A stretch of DNA of 64,000 nt, filler included, from Basidiobolus ranarum (Eukaryota), in assembly GCA_040143965.1 (NCBI GenBank). It is 5 parts of 5 records of this genome, joined end to end, with 100 filler letters (N's around TTAATTAATTAA, not from the genome) between each part and the next. Parts side by side here need not be neighbours in the genome. Positions count along the whole stretch, not along the records: positions 1 to 13,108 come from JASJQH010000503.1; positions 13,209 to 26,270 come from JASJQH010000505.1; 3 more parts are not named here. One strand, given 5' to 3'. The notes below the pieces were generated by a model, which saw only the letters and a program-made list of their open reading frames with translations, did not search any database and had not been told where the DNA came from. Position numbers and translations under genes: made by a program. Numbering within the stretch: position 1 is the stretch's first letter; each line of letters begins with the position of its first letter. Positions 1-13,684 of this stretch are shown here, piece by piece.

Positions 1-1290
1 AAAGTCTATGCTTATGCGGCATTTTGTGACAAGCTGCACACTCTAGAACAAGCTCTGTATTGTCCAGAATAAAAGTTCTGGGAAAAAGCAATGTCTAATG
101 AGTTTTCTTCACTTCTGGACAATAAATTGTGGGCTTTAAGTCCTCTACCATCAGGAAGAAAACCAAATGGTTGCAAATTTGTTTAAAAAATCAAAACTAA
201 ACCTATGGAACCATAGGAAGGTACAAAGTAAGATTAGTTTCAACAGGTTATTCCCAGACTCCAGGAGTTGATTTCAATGATACTTTTGCTGCAATAGCTA
301 AGTTTAGCACTGTCAGATCAATTCAGGCCCTCTTAGCTATCCATGACCTTGATTTACATCAGAAGGCTATAAAAACAGCCTCTCTGAGTGGTAATTTAAA
401 AGAAGAGATCTAAATGGAGCAACCAGATGGAATTGTTGACCCAAAACATTGTGATGTGGTCTGTAAACTGCAAATATTGCTATATGGACTCAAGCAAGGA
501 CCCAAAGCTTGGTACAACAAGATAGATACCTTTTTGGATTCACTATAACTCTAAAAATGCACAGCAGATTACAAAATTTACATCATAACAGCTGGAAATA
601 GGATTCTTATCTTCACACTGTATGTGGACAACTTTATCATAGCAACAAATCATCTAGAAGTACTTTAGCAGATGAAAAGTAGACTATCTAACCAATTTCA
701 GATGTCTGATATGGGTTAATTAAGTTATTTCTTGGAATCAGTTGCAAAATGGTCTACACAAGCAAAGACCGGGCTGATGGTACCATAGGGAGGTACAAAA
801 CAAGATTAGTTGCAAAAGGTTATTTCCAGACTCCAGAAGTTGATTTTAATGAACCTTTTGCTCCAGTAGCCACATTTAGCTCCATAAGATCAATCCAGGC
901 ACTTAAAGCTGTGCATAACCTTGATTTATATCAAATGGATGTAAAAACAGGCAATCTGAATGGAAATCTAGAAGAAGAGATCTATACAGAGTAACTAGAT
1001 GTGTTTGTGGTGCCAAAACACCCTGATATGGTCTTTAAGCTGCCAAATTACTATACAGACTCAAGCAAACACCCAGGGCATGGTACAACAAGATACAGAT
1101 ACCTATTAGGAACCACTTCAATTCTATAAATGCACAGCAGATCACAATATCTTTATGAAAACAACTGGAAATGGGATTCTCATCTGAGCACTACATGTGG
1201 ATGACTTGGCCATAACCACAAATGATCTAGAAGCACTTGATCAGAAAAACAGCAGCTTTTCGAATGAATTTCAGATGACTGATATGGTGT
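1..1290 (+). mobile_element. Two tandem decayed Ty1/copia reverse-transcriptase fragments
   Basis: RYKTRLVAKGYFQ, DFNEPFAPVA, HQ/YQMDVKT, LEEEIY and HVDD motifs occur twice (about 90-730 and 740-1290), broken by stops and frameshifts. Confidence 0.9.
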
Positions 1291-2869
1291 TCAATTTGCA
1301 AATCCAAGTCTTGTCCATAACAGTTTCTAATACCAAAACACTTTTGTCAAAAACACTAGGAACTTGGCTTTCACAAGTTATTGAGTTTGCAAAAACTTCA
1401 GAAGGCTCTTTTTCTAAACATATCACATATGAAAATCAACTACATCTGAATTGGTAAGTAACAGCATGCTTGATGGTGCCCTGTCATTCCAAATTGGGCT
1501 GGCACACTTTCTAACCGGTTTGATTTGGCTTGATAATATGGAGCCAGTCTATTGGTTCTTTTGGCATCAATTAAGGTGTTATAGGATCTTGCCATGAAAA
1601 CTGACAGATTGCACCAGATAGTGTGTTAGAAGGATTGATTTAGTGGCACAATGTTATTTGGTTTGATGGAACAAGACTTTTTATCACAGGACCCATCACA
1701 TTACCTACTATGACCAACTACTGGAACAGCATATGATAGCTTACTGATACTGTTTGATAAATGGATAACTGATGGTCCTGATAATAGCAATCTGGGACAT
1801 CACCAGTGTATAGAAAGTACCTGTATACTAATAATACTGAATATTGCTAAGCTTAACCAATACTATAGCTGCCATGGTTGTCAACTTATAACATTCTTAC
1901 TCAAAAGGAATATGCAGTCTCTCCTGAGTACTTCTTGCTATAATGCCAGTATTTGGGTGGTAACCCATTTTCTTGCAGTGTAGCTTCTTTGAGTTTGTAC
2001 AAGCTAATGGACAAAGTGTTCTTTGGCAATTCCAGGTAAATCCTCTGCTTAAATATCTGCAATGGACATTCTTTTGTAACTTCAGTAGGTCCTGTTAATA
2101 AGGTTTCAAACTTCTTGTTGTTTTTCTTGATAGAAGAAAGATTTCATGTGCAATTGGCGTGAGTTTGTGTTCTTGTTGGTATGTGTCTGCATTTTTGTCA
2201 TTCTTGCCTCTACTCTGACTTTGATAGTGTTTCTTTCCTCAGTAAGCTTCTCTTCTGATTTTGTGTCACATTTATCTAATTACTGATAATAGTGTCAAGG
2301 GGATTTGGAAGTGTCATGGACACGCTTTGAATTTGTGAATTAGACACTTAAGTTTTGTTGAATTGAGTATGTCTTATATGGTCACTGGCAATGTTGGGTG
2401 CTACAAAATTTATAGTACTAGTGCAAGCCAATTAGAATCTTCAATGGCATATATATCCTTTGGCTTATTAATTCCAGACAAACCATTGCAGCTGTATTGA
2501 TTTTTCCAGAGTAAATTGTGATATAGATTGAAAGTCAGATTGCCAATGCTAGGGTGCATCTGGCTTGACTGCATTGTAAGTAGAAACAATATACCCAGAA
2601 AGATTGCTACAAGATCCTACTCTATTTGAAGCCCTGCAGATCAAACCAAATGTGGATAGATCATTGCCAGCACTGTGGTTACTCTTTGTAGTAACTAATT
2701 TCAGCTGAAAAATACTCCAAATTGGAGCTTAAAAGCAACAAATACATGTTTATGGGTTATTGTGAGGGACACGTGGCTTGCAGACTATTTCTTTATGAAT
2801 CTGGAGCTAAGTAAGTGCTGAGATGAGAATTTTGATGCAAAAGCAAATGTTTCATCTTATCAACAGTAC

Positions 2870-4840
2870 TGCCATTCAGAAACTTTAGTTTATTGCTCTA
2901 ATTGATAGAAATATCAATTAGATCATGTTTACCAATTTCCACTATTTTCTGACAACTTCTCTGAATAACAGCAAAGACATACCCAAGCTTTACAGGCATC
3001 ATTGTCATGATTTAAGCACACACCATAGTCCTTGTACATAGTAAGCTGTAAATGGGACATATGAAATTTAGTAAAACCTATGTATCTTCACAATTTTTTA
3101 CCTTGTCAAAATACTTCCAAATCCCTTCAACACTTGTATCAGCTTACCAGCTCCAAACCAGCTGTTAAAGCAATGTCTACCAGTACTATTATCAATGCTT
3201 TTGCATCCACAGAGAAGTTTGAAGTTGAAGACCTTCACTTTGGGAAGTTCAAGATGTAATTGGAGCTTGATTACAAGGACCCTTTGGGATTGGTTACAGG
3301 TGAAGCAATAGAGCCAGAGGAACAACCAGAAGCTATCCTTGCCTTTCACAAGAAGTGGAGGAAACCACTCCCTATACTTTGTCTACATCTCAGAGACTCT
3401 AAATTGAGGCATATGAACTTGGCCAGCAACGTCCAAAATGTTTGGGAAAAACTTGAGGGACTTTATGAGATTAGAGGTCTGGCTAACAGGTTTCATTCAG
3501 ATGAAAATTATTCCTAATTCAAAAGGAATGTGCTGATTTTCCGGCTAATTGTATAAATAGGATACAAGCAATGGCAGATTGGCTCTCATTCATAGGAGCA
3601 CTTTTAAATGAAGATGACTTAGTCATGACACTACTTAGGAGCCTGCAAGATGAGTTTGGAGCCTTGTAATTGCCCCAAAATCAAGATCAGAGCCATGGCA
3701 ATGGAATGTGTTGGTGTTATCTTTTAAATGAGGTATTAAGGAGCTCTTATTCTCAGCAAAATAATACATAGCAGACCTTTTTGGGAGCTGTAAAGCATCC
3801 AACAGGCTCTAATAATGGAGCCCATGATAGATATTCAATCATTGGCAAGTATTGCTAGGAACTAGGCAAGTTGATCACAGAATGCAGAAAAAGAATATTT
3901 GTCAAACAGTTAAAATTGGAACAAGCAAATCAGGTAAGCACTAATAGAGATCACTTATTCATGTCAGCCCTATCAGTGACAACTAAGGAAGACTCAGAGA
4001 TGTGGCATGTTGCTTCCGGAGCTTCCCAGCATATATCAAGCAAGAAATATTGGCTTTCCAGCTGAAAACCCATCCAAACAAGGAAAGTCTACTTGGAAGA
4101 TGACTATGCACTAGATGCAATTAGTAAGAGCAAAGTTGTGCACAATTTAGACCAAAATTCAGCAACACCACTTGCAAAACTTGGATGATGTGCTTCATGT
4201 ACCATAAATAGCCAAGAATTTATTCTCAGTAATCCAAGCAACAGGTCAAGGACTAAATCTTATGTTCAGCAAGACTGTATGCACTACTTCAAATCAAAAT
4301 AACAACAAATTAGCTACTGGGACTACCACACAAAATAACAACAAGCTAAAAGTTAATACAATGCTTTCCAAGCAAGTAAACTTGGGCAAAACTGGTGAAA
4401 TGGCTGTCAAACATAGTATAGAACATTAGGCATCATTTGGGAACAAAGCTGACTAAAACAATCTAAAATTAGCTTGTTTCTGGCTCAAAAATTGAAAATA
4501 TCACCAGTTTAGATCTGTGTGATTGTTGTACATAAGAAAAACATCACAGAGAGTGGTTTTCAATATCTGGAGCAAATCAAGCCACTCAGAATCTTGCCCT
4601 GATTCATTGTAAACAATATGGGCCCATGGAAAGCATCTCACTAGGTGGCAAAAGGTACTTTATTACTTTTATTGATTACAAAACAATACAGATTTAGACA
4701 TTCTTGCTAAATCTTAATTCTGGAGACTTAACTACATTCAAGCACTTCAAAGCAATGGCAAAGAATGAATTGGTGCAAAAAATAAGGGTACTAATAAGTG
4801 ATAATGGTGGAGAAGACTGCTCTAAAGAACTTGGCTACTT
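2870..4840 (+). mobile_element. Decayed Ty1/copia element: LTR remnant, gag, zinc knuckle, protease, GAG-pre-integrase, integrase N-part
   Basis: 2870-3140 has pieces of the reverse complement of the 6434/10811 LTR; 3260-3517 is copia gag-like; WHVASGASQH is the copia protease W.xDSGAS.H motif; SDNGGE integrase motif near 4797. Confidence 0.85.
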
Positions 4841-5059
4841 CCAAATCCCCTAAACACTGATATCACTTTTAAAAGCAAAAGGTACTTGGTACTTATTCAG
4901 CATGTAGTAAGGCTTTGGTTTTGGATAGTATTGCATTGGTTTCCTCTCCTGTAGCATTGCCCCAAAGTTCTTTCTCTTATAGCAGTATTTTCACTCTAAT
5001 TTTCAATACCTAATAACAGGCTTGATGCATTTTTTCAGACTAGGGAAAAGTTTGAGAAA

Positions 5060-5261
5060 TTTTAGTGGTAGACCTTATTAAGTTTTGGGGTTCTAGCTCA
5101 AGCTTCAAAAATCTGTATATTGGAGAGCTTGTAAATTGGTAAGAATATTCTGAGTAAATTGCAATTGGGAATAATGGGTAAAAGCTTGGTAAAATAACAG
5201 ATAGCTAAATATTAAGCTCCATTTGATTATATGGATGTTTATGTAAGGCCAATTTCAGCAC
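5060..5261. repeat. Degenerate LTR fragment related to the 18725/19535/51909 LTR family
   Basis: Aligns by eye with 18890-19072 and ends in ...AATTTCAGCA. Confidence 0.65.
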
Positions 5262-5309
5262 ATAGTTTACAGTTTACAGACAAATATGGGATGAGCTGGG
5301 CTCAAATAT

Positions 5310-6330
5310 TTATCTGGCCACTTCATCTCATATTTCTCTTTCAGAGTAATATGAACAAAGGTTATTTTCAAGAAGGTATCTTCCTAAGCAAAAGCTTCAT
5401 TAAAGTCAGCTCATGGAGTATACTTGTACACTATTGCATGTTTGCTGGCTTTGTACTTTACCCCGGTCAAATCAGTCTGTGTTTCACTTTATAGATTCAT
5501 TTGCAGCTATTGGCTTGCTTCCTGATGGTTCAGGACTGAATACTCATGTTTTGTTGTCCTGGAGCAAAGGAAATGAATCAAAAATTGCTCTCTATTCAAT
5601 TTGAATATTTGACAACTCAGCACTGGATCAAGAGTAAATGGCCTGTCACAGGGTGTAGGTATCATTGTTGAAACAAATCTGCCTATTTATTGGCCTATAA
5701 CTGCTTCTGGTTGAGCTTTGGGGCTTTGAGTCATCCTCTGATGTAGCAAAGTCTCAATACTCAGTTGTTTTAGGCTCAGAAACAGCTGCATTTCATCAGT
5801 CTCTTCTTGGATTATGCTTACTCCAGTATTTGGATGAAGAACATTGGCATGAAGGCAGAAAATCTGCTGTTCTTCTAAAACTCACATATCCACATTCAAA
5901 TGCCTGATGGTTGTGGCAATAAAATGTTCTCTAGGCCTTAGATCCATCAGTGTAGCAGAGAAATAGACATTAGCAGATTTGGGTTCCAATTTAGTACTCT
6001 TAAATTAACAACCAAGTCTCATGGAATGAAATAAAAGACTAGCATGTGCTCCACAGATTGTTTTAAGCTGTATAGGGCTTAAGGCAGGGGAGATTGTTTA
6101 GCAATCTTGCTGGGCATGTATATTTGATATGAATTGCAGTGTAGAAAAATCCCACAAAATATGATAATCTAACTTTATGTTATGAAACACTAATATCACC
6201 TTCTCCACCATTGCCTCAATAGCATTCTGTAACTCCATTTTAGTGTGAACAATATGGTATGATATTTTGTATATCTAGAAATTGGCTATATGTGATATGC
6301 TTAACATTTTTCCTTATCAGTACTTATTTG
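5310..6330 (-). mobile_element. Decayed copia integrase/RT fragment
   Basis: Minus strand gives QDNKT*VFSPEPSGSKPIAAN (the RT N-terminal motif) and degenerate integrase segments. Confidence 0.65.
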
Positions 6331-6433
6331 CTTTGCACTTTCTATTTTTAGCTTTTAGCAATAACATGATTGTTACAATTTTGAAACCCATTGTCTAGTA
6401 TCTTGAAAATTTTGCCACAGATTAATTTCCTAT

Positions 6434-6779
6434 TGACAAAAGTGTTTAGGGGAATTGGAAGTGTTTTGGACAAAATTTGCATTTGTGAATTAGACACTTG
6501 AGTTTTATTGAATTAAATATGTCCTATTAAGAGTTTACTATGAAATACAACTATTGGATGTGCTCAGATCATAACAAACAAGCCTGTTAAACATGGGTGG
6601 AAATTTCAGGTGATTTGGAGAAGTTTTGAGAAAATATTGAAAATTGATATAAGTGATCTAATTTCTTTCAATTATAGCTGTAAACACATGTTATTGAATG
6701 ACAGAATTGAGTGCTAAATAATCAGAATATGAATAAACTAGCTACTAAATGATGTGTTTCTACTTACCTAATATCAGCA
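6434..6779 (-). repeat. 3' LTR of a minus-strand copia element
   Basis: TG...CA termini; lies just after the RNase H ORF stop (6795) and a purine-rich tract (GAGCAGGAA on the minus strand); homologous to 10811-11167. Confidence 0.8.
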
Positions 6780-6794
6780 TTCCTGCTCAAATAA

Positions 6795-9700
6795 TTATTT
6801 TTTTGTTTCTCTGAAACTTAACTTAGATCTTAATAATTCAAATTGTGCTTTAGCTAAAGGTTTGGTTAAGATGTCAGCAATCATTTCTTTAGTAGGGCAA
6901 CAGACAAGTTCAATTAAAGCATTATCTATTGCTTCTCTAACAAAATGATGCCTAATATCTCTATATTTTGTTCTAGCATGAAATGTTGGGTTTTTAGCTA
7001 ATGAAATACAACTTTTATTATCTTCAAATACAGTAATAACATATTTTTGCATGTATCCTGAGTCTGTAAATAACTTCCTAAACCACATAACTTCTTGTGC
7101 ATTAGCAAAGTCAGCCATATACTCTGCTTCTGTAGTGGAAAGTGCTATATGGCTGGTTGCTTCTTATTATTCTAAACTATGGCTCCATAACCATAGGGAA
7201 AAATGTACCCAGTTGTGGTACTTCTATTATCAAGGTTTCTTCACCAGTTGGCATCACAGTAGCCTTCAAATTTTGTGAATCAGGAGTGGCAGTGTATTCC
7301 AGAACTAGTTCTACATTTACTCTCCAATACTTGAACATTCATTTTACTGCAGTTTTGTGCTCAGATCCTGAATTTATGAGATATTGGCAGATGGTTCCCA
7401 CTGCCACAGCAATGTCTGGACTTGTTCCAACTATTGTATAAGTTAAACTACCCACCATGGATTGATATGGGAACTCCTGACTTTGATTTGAGTAATTTGG
7501 GCCAAATTGGATGAAATTTTGATTGATTTCACCATGGGATCCATTGGTGTTGATACAGTCTTGCTATTCTCCATGTTGAAGCATTTTGGGATGTCCAGGA
7601 TGTATCTAGACTGATTCAGAGTGATTTGCTGATTGGGTTCTCTCTCTTGCTTTGGATTCAGAGAAAATTGATTGATTCACCCATATCAGTCATCTGAAAT
7701 TGGTTTGACAAGCTGCTTTTTGTTTGATTAAGTGCTTCAAGATCATTTGTGGTCATGATCAAGTCATCCACATATAATGCTATGATATAAATCCTACTTC
7801 TGGTGGTTTTGATGTAAATACTGTGATCTGCTGTGCATTTTTGGAATTCCAGTGATTCCAAATAGGTATCTATCTTGTTGTACCATGCCCTGGGTGCTTG
7901 CTTGAGTCTATATAGCAATTTTGCGGTCTAAAGACCATATCAGGCTGTTTTGGGTTAACAAATCCATCTGGTTGGTCCATATAGATCTCTTCTTCTAGAT
8001 TTCTAATCAGAAAAGGCTGTTTCTACAGTCATTTGATGTATATCAAGGTCATGGATGGATAAGAGGGCCTCAATTAATCTGACAGTGCTATAGCTTAGCT
8101 ATTACAGCAAAAGTAGCATTAAATTCAACTCCTGGAGTCTGGGAATAACCTGCTGCAACTAATCTTACTTTGTACATTTCTATGGTTCTATAGGTTTAGT
8201 TTTAATTTTTTAGACAAATTTGCAACCATTTGGTTTTCTTCCTGATGGTAGAGGACTTAATACTCACATTTTATTGTCCTGAAGTGAAGAAAACTCATCA
8301 GACATTGCTTTTTCCCAGAACTTTGATTCTGGACAATACAGAGCTTGTTCTAGAGTCTGTCACTTGTCACAAAATGCTGCATAAGCTTAGACATATATGT
8401 AGGTAGTGTTCCACCGGTTCCCTAGCTGATTTCTCCTTCTGAATGATCTCTACATCCTGATTCATCCTCCAATATAATAGGGGCTGATGTTTTGGTCAAA
8501 GCAGGCTCAGATACAGATGCAACTTTGGCAAACACTTCCTGACTAGTGCTGGTTGTGCTTTTCGTATCAAAAACTGCAATTTGAGGTGACAAATTGCTTT
8601 TTCATCATAAATCACATATCTGCACTTAATTCACTTCTCATCTTTGGTATCAAACAGTCTATCTGTGTTAGATCCATCAAAGTAACCAAAAAATACACAA
8701 TTTCTGCCTTTGGGTCCCAATTCAGAGTGTTGTTGAGCAGGAATTAGGCAATGAACTGTGCAACAAAAGATGCTGAGATGATCCACACTTAGTTCTGACT
8801 CATATAGTGCTTCAAATGGAGCAGAATTCTCTAGCAATCTTATAGGGCATCTGTTTTTGATGTAGACAGCAGTAAAGACAGAATTAGCCTAATATTGGTA
8901 ATCCAACTTTTATCATGTAACATTGATCTTGCCACTTTCACTATGATCTTATAGTATGTCTGGCAACTTCATTTTGCTGAGGAGTATGAGTTACAGTAGT
9001 TTGCTGCTTGATTCCATGTCTTGAACAAAACTAGCAAAATCTCTAGAGCAGTATTTTCCACCATTAGCACTCTTTGGCTCCTGTATTTTTTTTGGTAATT
9101 CTTTCTTTGCAAGTGCATTGTAGTGCTTGAATGTAATTAAGGCTTCAGTATTTGGTTTGAGAAAGAATTCCCAATTAAATATGGTTTTGAGATCCATAAA
9201 TGTGATGGCAATCATCAGCCACCTAGTGCAAAGTTTTTCATGTGCCCACATCAGTCAAATGAGGCAGGCCATAATTCTGAGTGGATTTTGTCTCTCTGAA
9301 GCTTAAATAATGCTGTCTGTAATGTTTTCCATGTATGCAACGTGCACACAGATCTAATTTAATGCTATTTTCAAGTTTTAAGCCTGAAACAAGCTGATTT
9401 AGGATCATTTGGGTCAGCTTTTGTTCCCCAATGTAGCCCAATCTTCTATGTCATGATGACAGCTTATTTCACTGGTTGTAGTCAAGTTTGCATGCTTGGA
9501 ATGCAATCTTTGATTTCAAGCTTTGGTAAATTTTGAGTTTTGAGCCCAGTAGCTAATTCAGGTTAATTACAATCTGTGATAGTGTATTCAGCCTTGCTGA
9601 ACACAAGATTTAGTCCTTGAGCTGTTGCTTGCCTTGCTCAGAGTAGATCCTTAACTCTATTTGGTCCATAGATTTTTTTTCAAATTTTGCAGATAGTGTT

Positions 9701-10210
9701 GCTGAATTTTGGTTTAAATTGAGCACAACTATGCCCTACCAACTGCATCTAATGCATCATCATTACTAAAGTTGACTTTCCTTGTTGGATGGTTTTAAGC
9801 TGGAAAACCAATCTTTCTTGTTTGACTTACGCCTGGAATCTCCTAAATCATTTTACCACATTTCTAAGTCTTCTTCAGTGGTTACTGATAGGGCAGACAC
9901 AAATATATGAGCCCTATATATTCTTGCTAGATTTGCTTGTTCTGATTTTTGCTTTTGGGCAATAAACCTTTTGCTGCTATCTGTGATTAAATGGCCTGGT
10001 TCCTTGCAATACTTGCTGATGATTGATTTGCTATTAGGGGCACAATTATTGAAGCCTGTTGGATGTTTACAGCTACAAAAAATGCCTGATCTGTATTATT
10101 TTGCTGAGAATTTGATCAACTTGATTCCTCATTCTAAAGCCTAGCACCTACATATTCCATTGTTAATGGCTCTGATCCTGATTTTATGGCAATTACTATG
10201 TTTCCAAACT
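6795..10210 (-). mobile_element. Decayed Ty1/copia gag-pol (protease, integrase, RT, RNase H)
   Basis: RNase H EDNKSCI..AKNPTFHARTKY.DIRHHFVRE..MIADILTK; RT LYRLKQAPRAWY..LYVDD; integrase SANGGKY and C..C..GK; copia domain order; many stops. Confidence 0.93.
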
Positions 10211-10810
10211 TGGCACATCTTACAATTATCTGAGTTTATCTATTAAATGCATATCTCAAAATGGCTTAAGGTGTAATGCATTAATTTGAACCTACTGTTG
10301 AAAATTAATGTTTGCACTTTAACCCACAATATAAAAACACTTTTAATTTGGATTGAGACCAACAAAGTTTAACTTCATATATATCCATGATAGTTACATA
10401 TCCTGTAAAAGCAGATTTGTCCTCATTCACAACCTACTTTGGTACAGGAAACCACCATTTACCTAATTTTGTGTGCTCAGTCAAATGAATAACTAGATGG
10501 TGCAAAGCAGCACACACTTCATGTTTCAAAGATGCTCAAGTATACAGTAAAGGTACTTGCTTAGAAATATGAGAGATATTGATAAACTGGCCCAAGCCCA
10601 GGGAAATAGGCATAGGACAAAAGTGAAAGCAACTTTTGACTCTGCTTCAAAGAGAATGCTGAAACTTAAAGTCATCTCAAGTCTGCAAGAAAATATACAA
10701 AGATTCAAATGGGCTTCCACCACTGCTTAACAAGACTTTGTAGAAGCTTCTAATGGAAGCTACAAAGCTCTAAACAATATTTCAGGACACTGTGGCCAGA
10801 GTAATCAACA

Positions 10811-11167
10811 TGACAAAAGTGATCAGGGGATTTGCAAGTGTTTTAAACAAGTTTGGATATGTGAATTATACACTTGAGTATTAACATATGTGAATTGAAT
10901 ATGTCCTATTTATAGATTACTATGAACTAGGACTATTAGACATGCTTAGAGCATAACCAATATACCTGTTAAGTAGGGGTGAAAATTTGAGGTGATTTGG
11001 GGAAGTTTCAAGAAAGTAGTGAAAATTGGTAAAAGTGATCTAATTGATACTTCTATCAATTAGAGCAATAAACACAAATTTTTGAATGGCAGAATTGAGT
11101 GCTAAATAATCAGAATATGAATCTACTAACTACTAAATAATGAGCTGCTATTTATCTAATTTCTACA
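10811..11167 (-). repeat. LTR homologous to 6434-6779 (candidate 5' LTR or an independent copy)
   Basis: TGACAAAAGTG...TTCTACA; long shared blocks such as GAATTGAGTGCTAAATAATCAGAATATGAAT; outer flanks CCTAT and CTACA do not form a clean TSD. Confidence 0.8.
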
Positions 11168-13108
11168 CTACAGAGGTGTGAACAGAAAAGCAAGATAACT
11201 TATTGAATAGGGAGATTTTTGGAAGGCAACTTGAAGCAGTCCAGACCATTGGGCAGACGTATTTGATCACTTCAAATCAAACAAATCTGACCAGATATCT
11301 ATGTCACAAGATGAATCCACACACTCTATTACTGAAATTGAGATGATACCTCCAAAAAAGGCAAGAGCAAAACAAGTTGACCCAGCTGCTATTAGTACTC
11401 ATTAACAGCAAGGGCAGCTTGGTAGAGTCTGCAATGTATCTCCTGTTTTTGATAAAGAGCAAGCAGTCAATTAACAACCATCATGAGGATGGCCTGCATT
11501 CTCAAGCATTGTTGTCAACAATTTAGTTGTTTCAGATGAACCAATCAGTGAGCTTTTACATCTAGAGAAGATATTCAACATCACAGCTGCAATATTAGTG
11601 ACCTCTTGGGCAATTCAGTGTTAAGCCACCCACTCATAGCTTTATACTCAGCTACTGATTTAGGGCTCTTAATCTCAGCCATTTCTTTATATGAGCAATG
11701 CTTCCTGCTAGTGAAAAAGCTTCCAGCCTTTGTACCAATCAAAACTGCACCATATCAGTTATCCTTTCTTATATTATATATTTAACCCTGATCATAGTAG
11801 GTTTATAAAGATTCCTGCTGCAACTCAAATAGGCTTGCCTTTGAAGATTGCAGTTATGATTATTTCATAGCTGTCTTCACTTTTACAGCCATAGAATATA
11901 CTTTACCGTTAATCAAAGTCTTTACCAATCTTAAAGATCTATATTTTTTCTTCAGACTTCAAGTAAGTGAAACCACCAGAGTTATATCTGTCTTTGTGAT
12001 TGCAAAGATTCTTGATAGTTTTCTTGGAAAGTGTTGAGGATATCAACAAACTATAGTGTGGCTTTACTCTTTAAAGATAGAGTAAAGAATATATCTTCTA
12101 TCAATATTTTGAAGATTTAATTATAAAAATTTGGCTTTGCTGGAGATTTGTAATGGGATTCAGCTTTTCTGAATGTTTAAGTTAACATCCCAATCCCACT
12201 CTACAACATTTGAAGAAGAGACTGTTGATGAAAGAAACTGCAAACCTGACCCAATGAGCCAATGCAAGTCACAGTGCATCAAGTTCATGCCACAACTCAT
12301 GGTGGCTAAGATAGAGGAACTTCAGCTGAATCAAACTAACCAACTTGGTGCAGAGGTTCAACCAATGGCCTTTTCATGCAAATGTCATGGAGACAGCAAA
12401 AATTGTAGAAGCATAGCAGCATTTACCACTTGAAACCTGGGTAACTGTGGAACAGTCTTTTTACTACTTACATAATCCTATCTTTACCGGGTAGTGCATC
12501 ATTTGTAATTGAAATGAAAGGCAGTCAAATATAGCTTAAGTTGTTTGAGTATGATCACAATCACTTATTTGCTTATGAAGCACTGATAGTATTCCAGCAA
12601 TGTATATCAAAAAAGCTCTAGGACCATATAGTGTTGGAAATATTCTAACATTATGTTGCACATATTAGGTAGGAAGAATATTATCCATTGCTACCTTTTA
12701 ATATTCTCACAGATCAAAAAGAAGAACAAGTATGTTCAATCACTCAGCCTTGTGTCAATACTTGATTGATTTCAATAGCTTTGCAACCATGCAAAATTCA
12801 AAGATCTGAGCAAATATTGCTGGAGCTACAACCATTTCAAAATTGCCAGCACAAAATTAATACTAACCTATGTGCAGAACACAGGAATTCAAGACCTCAG
12901 GATACTCACAAAATTCATGGTGACTTGTGAATTCACTGATGAATTTCTTTCAAATTTTGCCCAGAGCTGCAGCAGTACCAGATGCATATGCTTTCATGCC
13001 ATAATAAGAATCAAAAAATACCAGAATCTCTTTGTGTTTAGTCTCTGCATATGCATATACTTGACTGATTAGACATAACTTAACAACATCAATACTCTTT
13101 ACCAGCAA

Positions 13109-13208
13109 NNNNNNNNNNNNNNNNNNNNNNNNNNNNNNNNNNNNNNNNNNNNTTAATTAATTAANNNNNNNNNNNNNNNNNNNNNNNNNNNNNNNNNNNN
13201 NNNNNNNN
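13109..13208. other. Assembly gap with TTAATTAATTAA linker
   Basis: N run with a central stop-in-all-frames linker. Confidence 0.98.
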
Positions 13209-13684
13209 GGAAGACAACGCGCCTTGTCATACAGGTGGTTATGCAAAGTGGTGGAAGAGCAGTAACTCCTTGGACATTTTGGAGAACTGGCCAGCTCAGA
13301 GCCCAGATCTGAATCCAATCGAGCACGTTTGGAGTGAGCTGTCTCATGAGTTACATAGCCTAAAGGCAACTATTAAAGATACTGAAAGCTTGAATAAAGC
13401 TATAACCAAAGTTTGGGAAAACATGACGATTGAGTTTGCTTCGGGATTAGTGGCAAGTATGGGGAGAAGGTGCCAGGCAGTCATAGACGCCAAGGGCGAT
13501 GCAACAAAATATTGAATTGAATATTTTATTTTATCTTATAAAAATAAACATGTATAACTTGTTATACAAAAAATTCTAGGAAGTTAGTCCATGTTGTTCA
13601 TGAGTAAGTTGAACATAAAAAGTGAGTGTTTATTGTGCTTTTTTGCAATTAATTTTGGACGAAACATTACTAACCCCGACTGTA
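13209..13684 (+). mobile_element. Tc1/mariner DDE transposase C-terminus and right terminal inverted repeat
   Basis: DNAPCH...WPAQSPDLNPIEHVW...RRCQAVIDAKGDATKY* (stop 13515); ends ...CCCCGACTG followed by TA, typical of Tc1 termini. Confidence 0.92.

Noticed and set aside
6434-11167. One intact LTR retrotransposon
   Set aside because: The LTRs are clearly diverged, with no matching TSD, no recognisable PBS and a broken internal ORF; pairing is uncertain
13153-13164. TTAATTAATTAA motif recurring four times, and ORFs running through it
   Set aside because: Artificial scaffolding linker inside N runs; not biological
13209-13684. Tc1 transposase as the mobiliser of the Fanzor
   Set aside because: Its right TIR closes at 13682 and a host 7TM gene lies between it and the Fanzor
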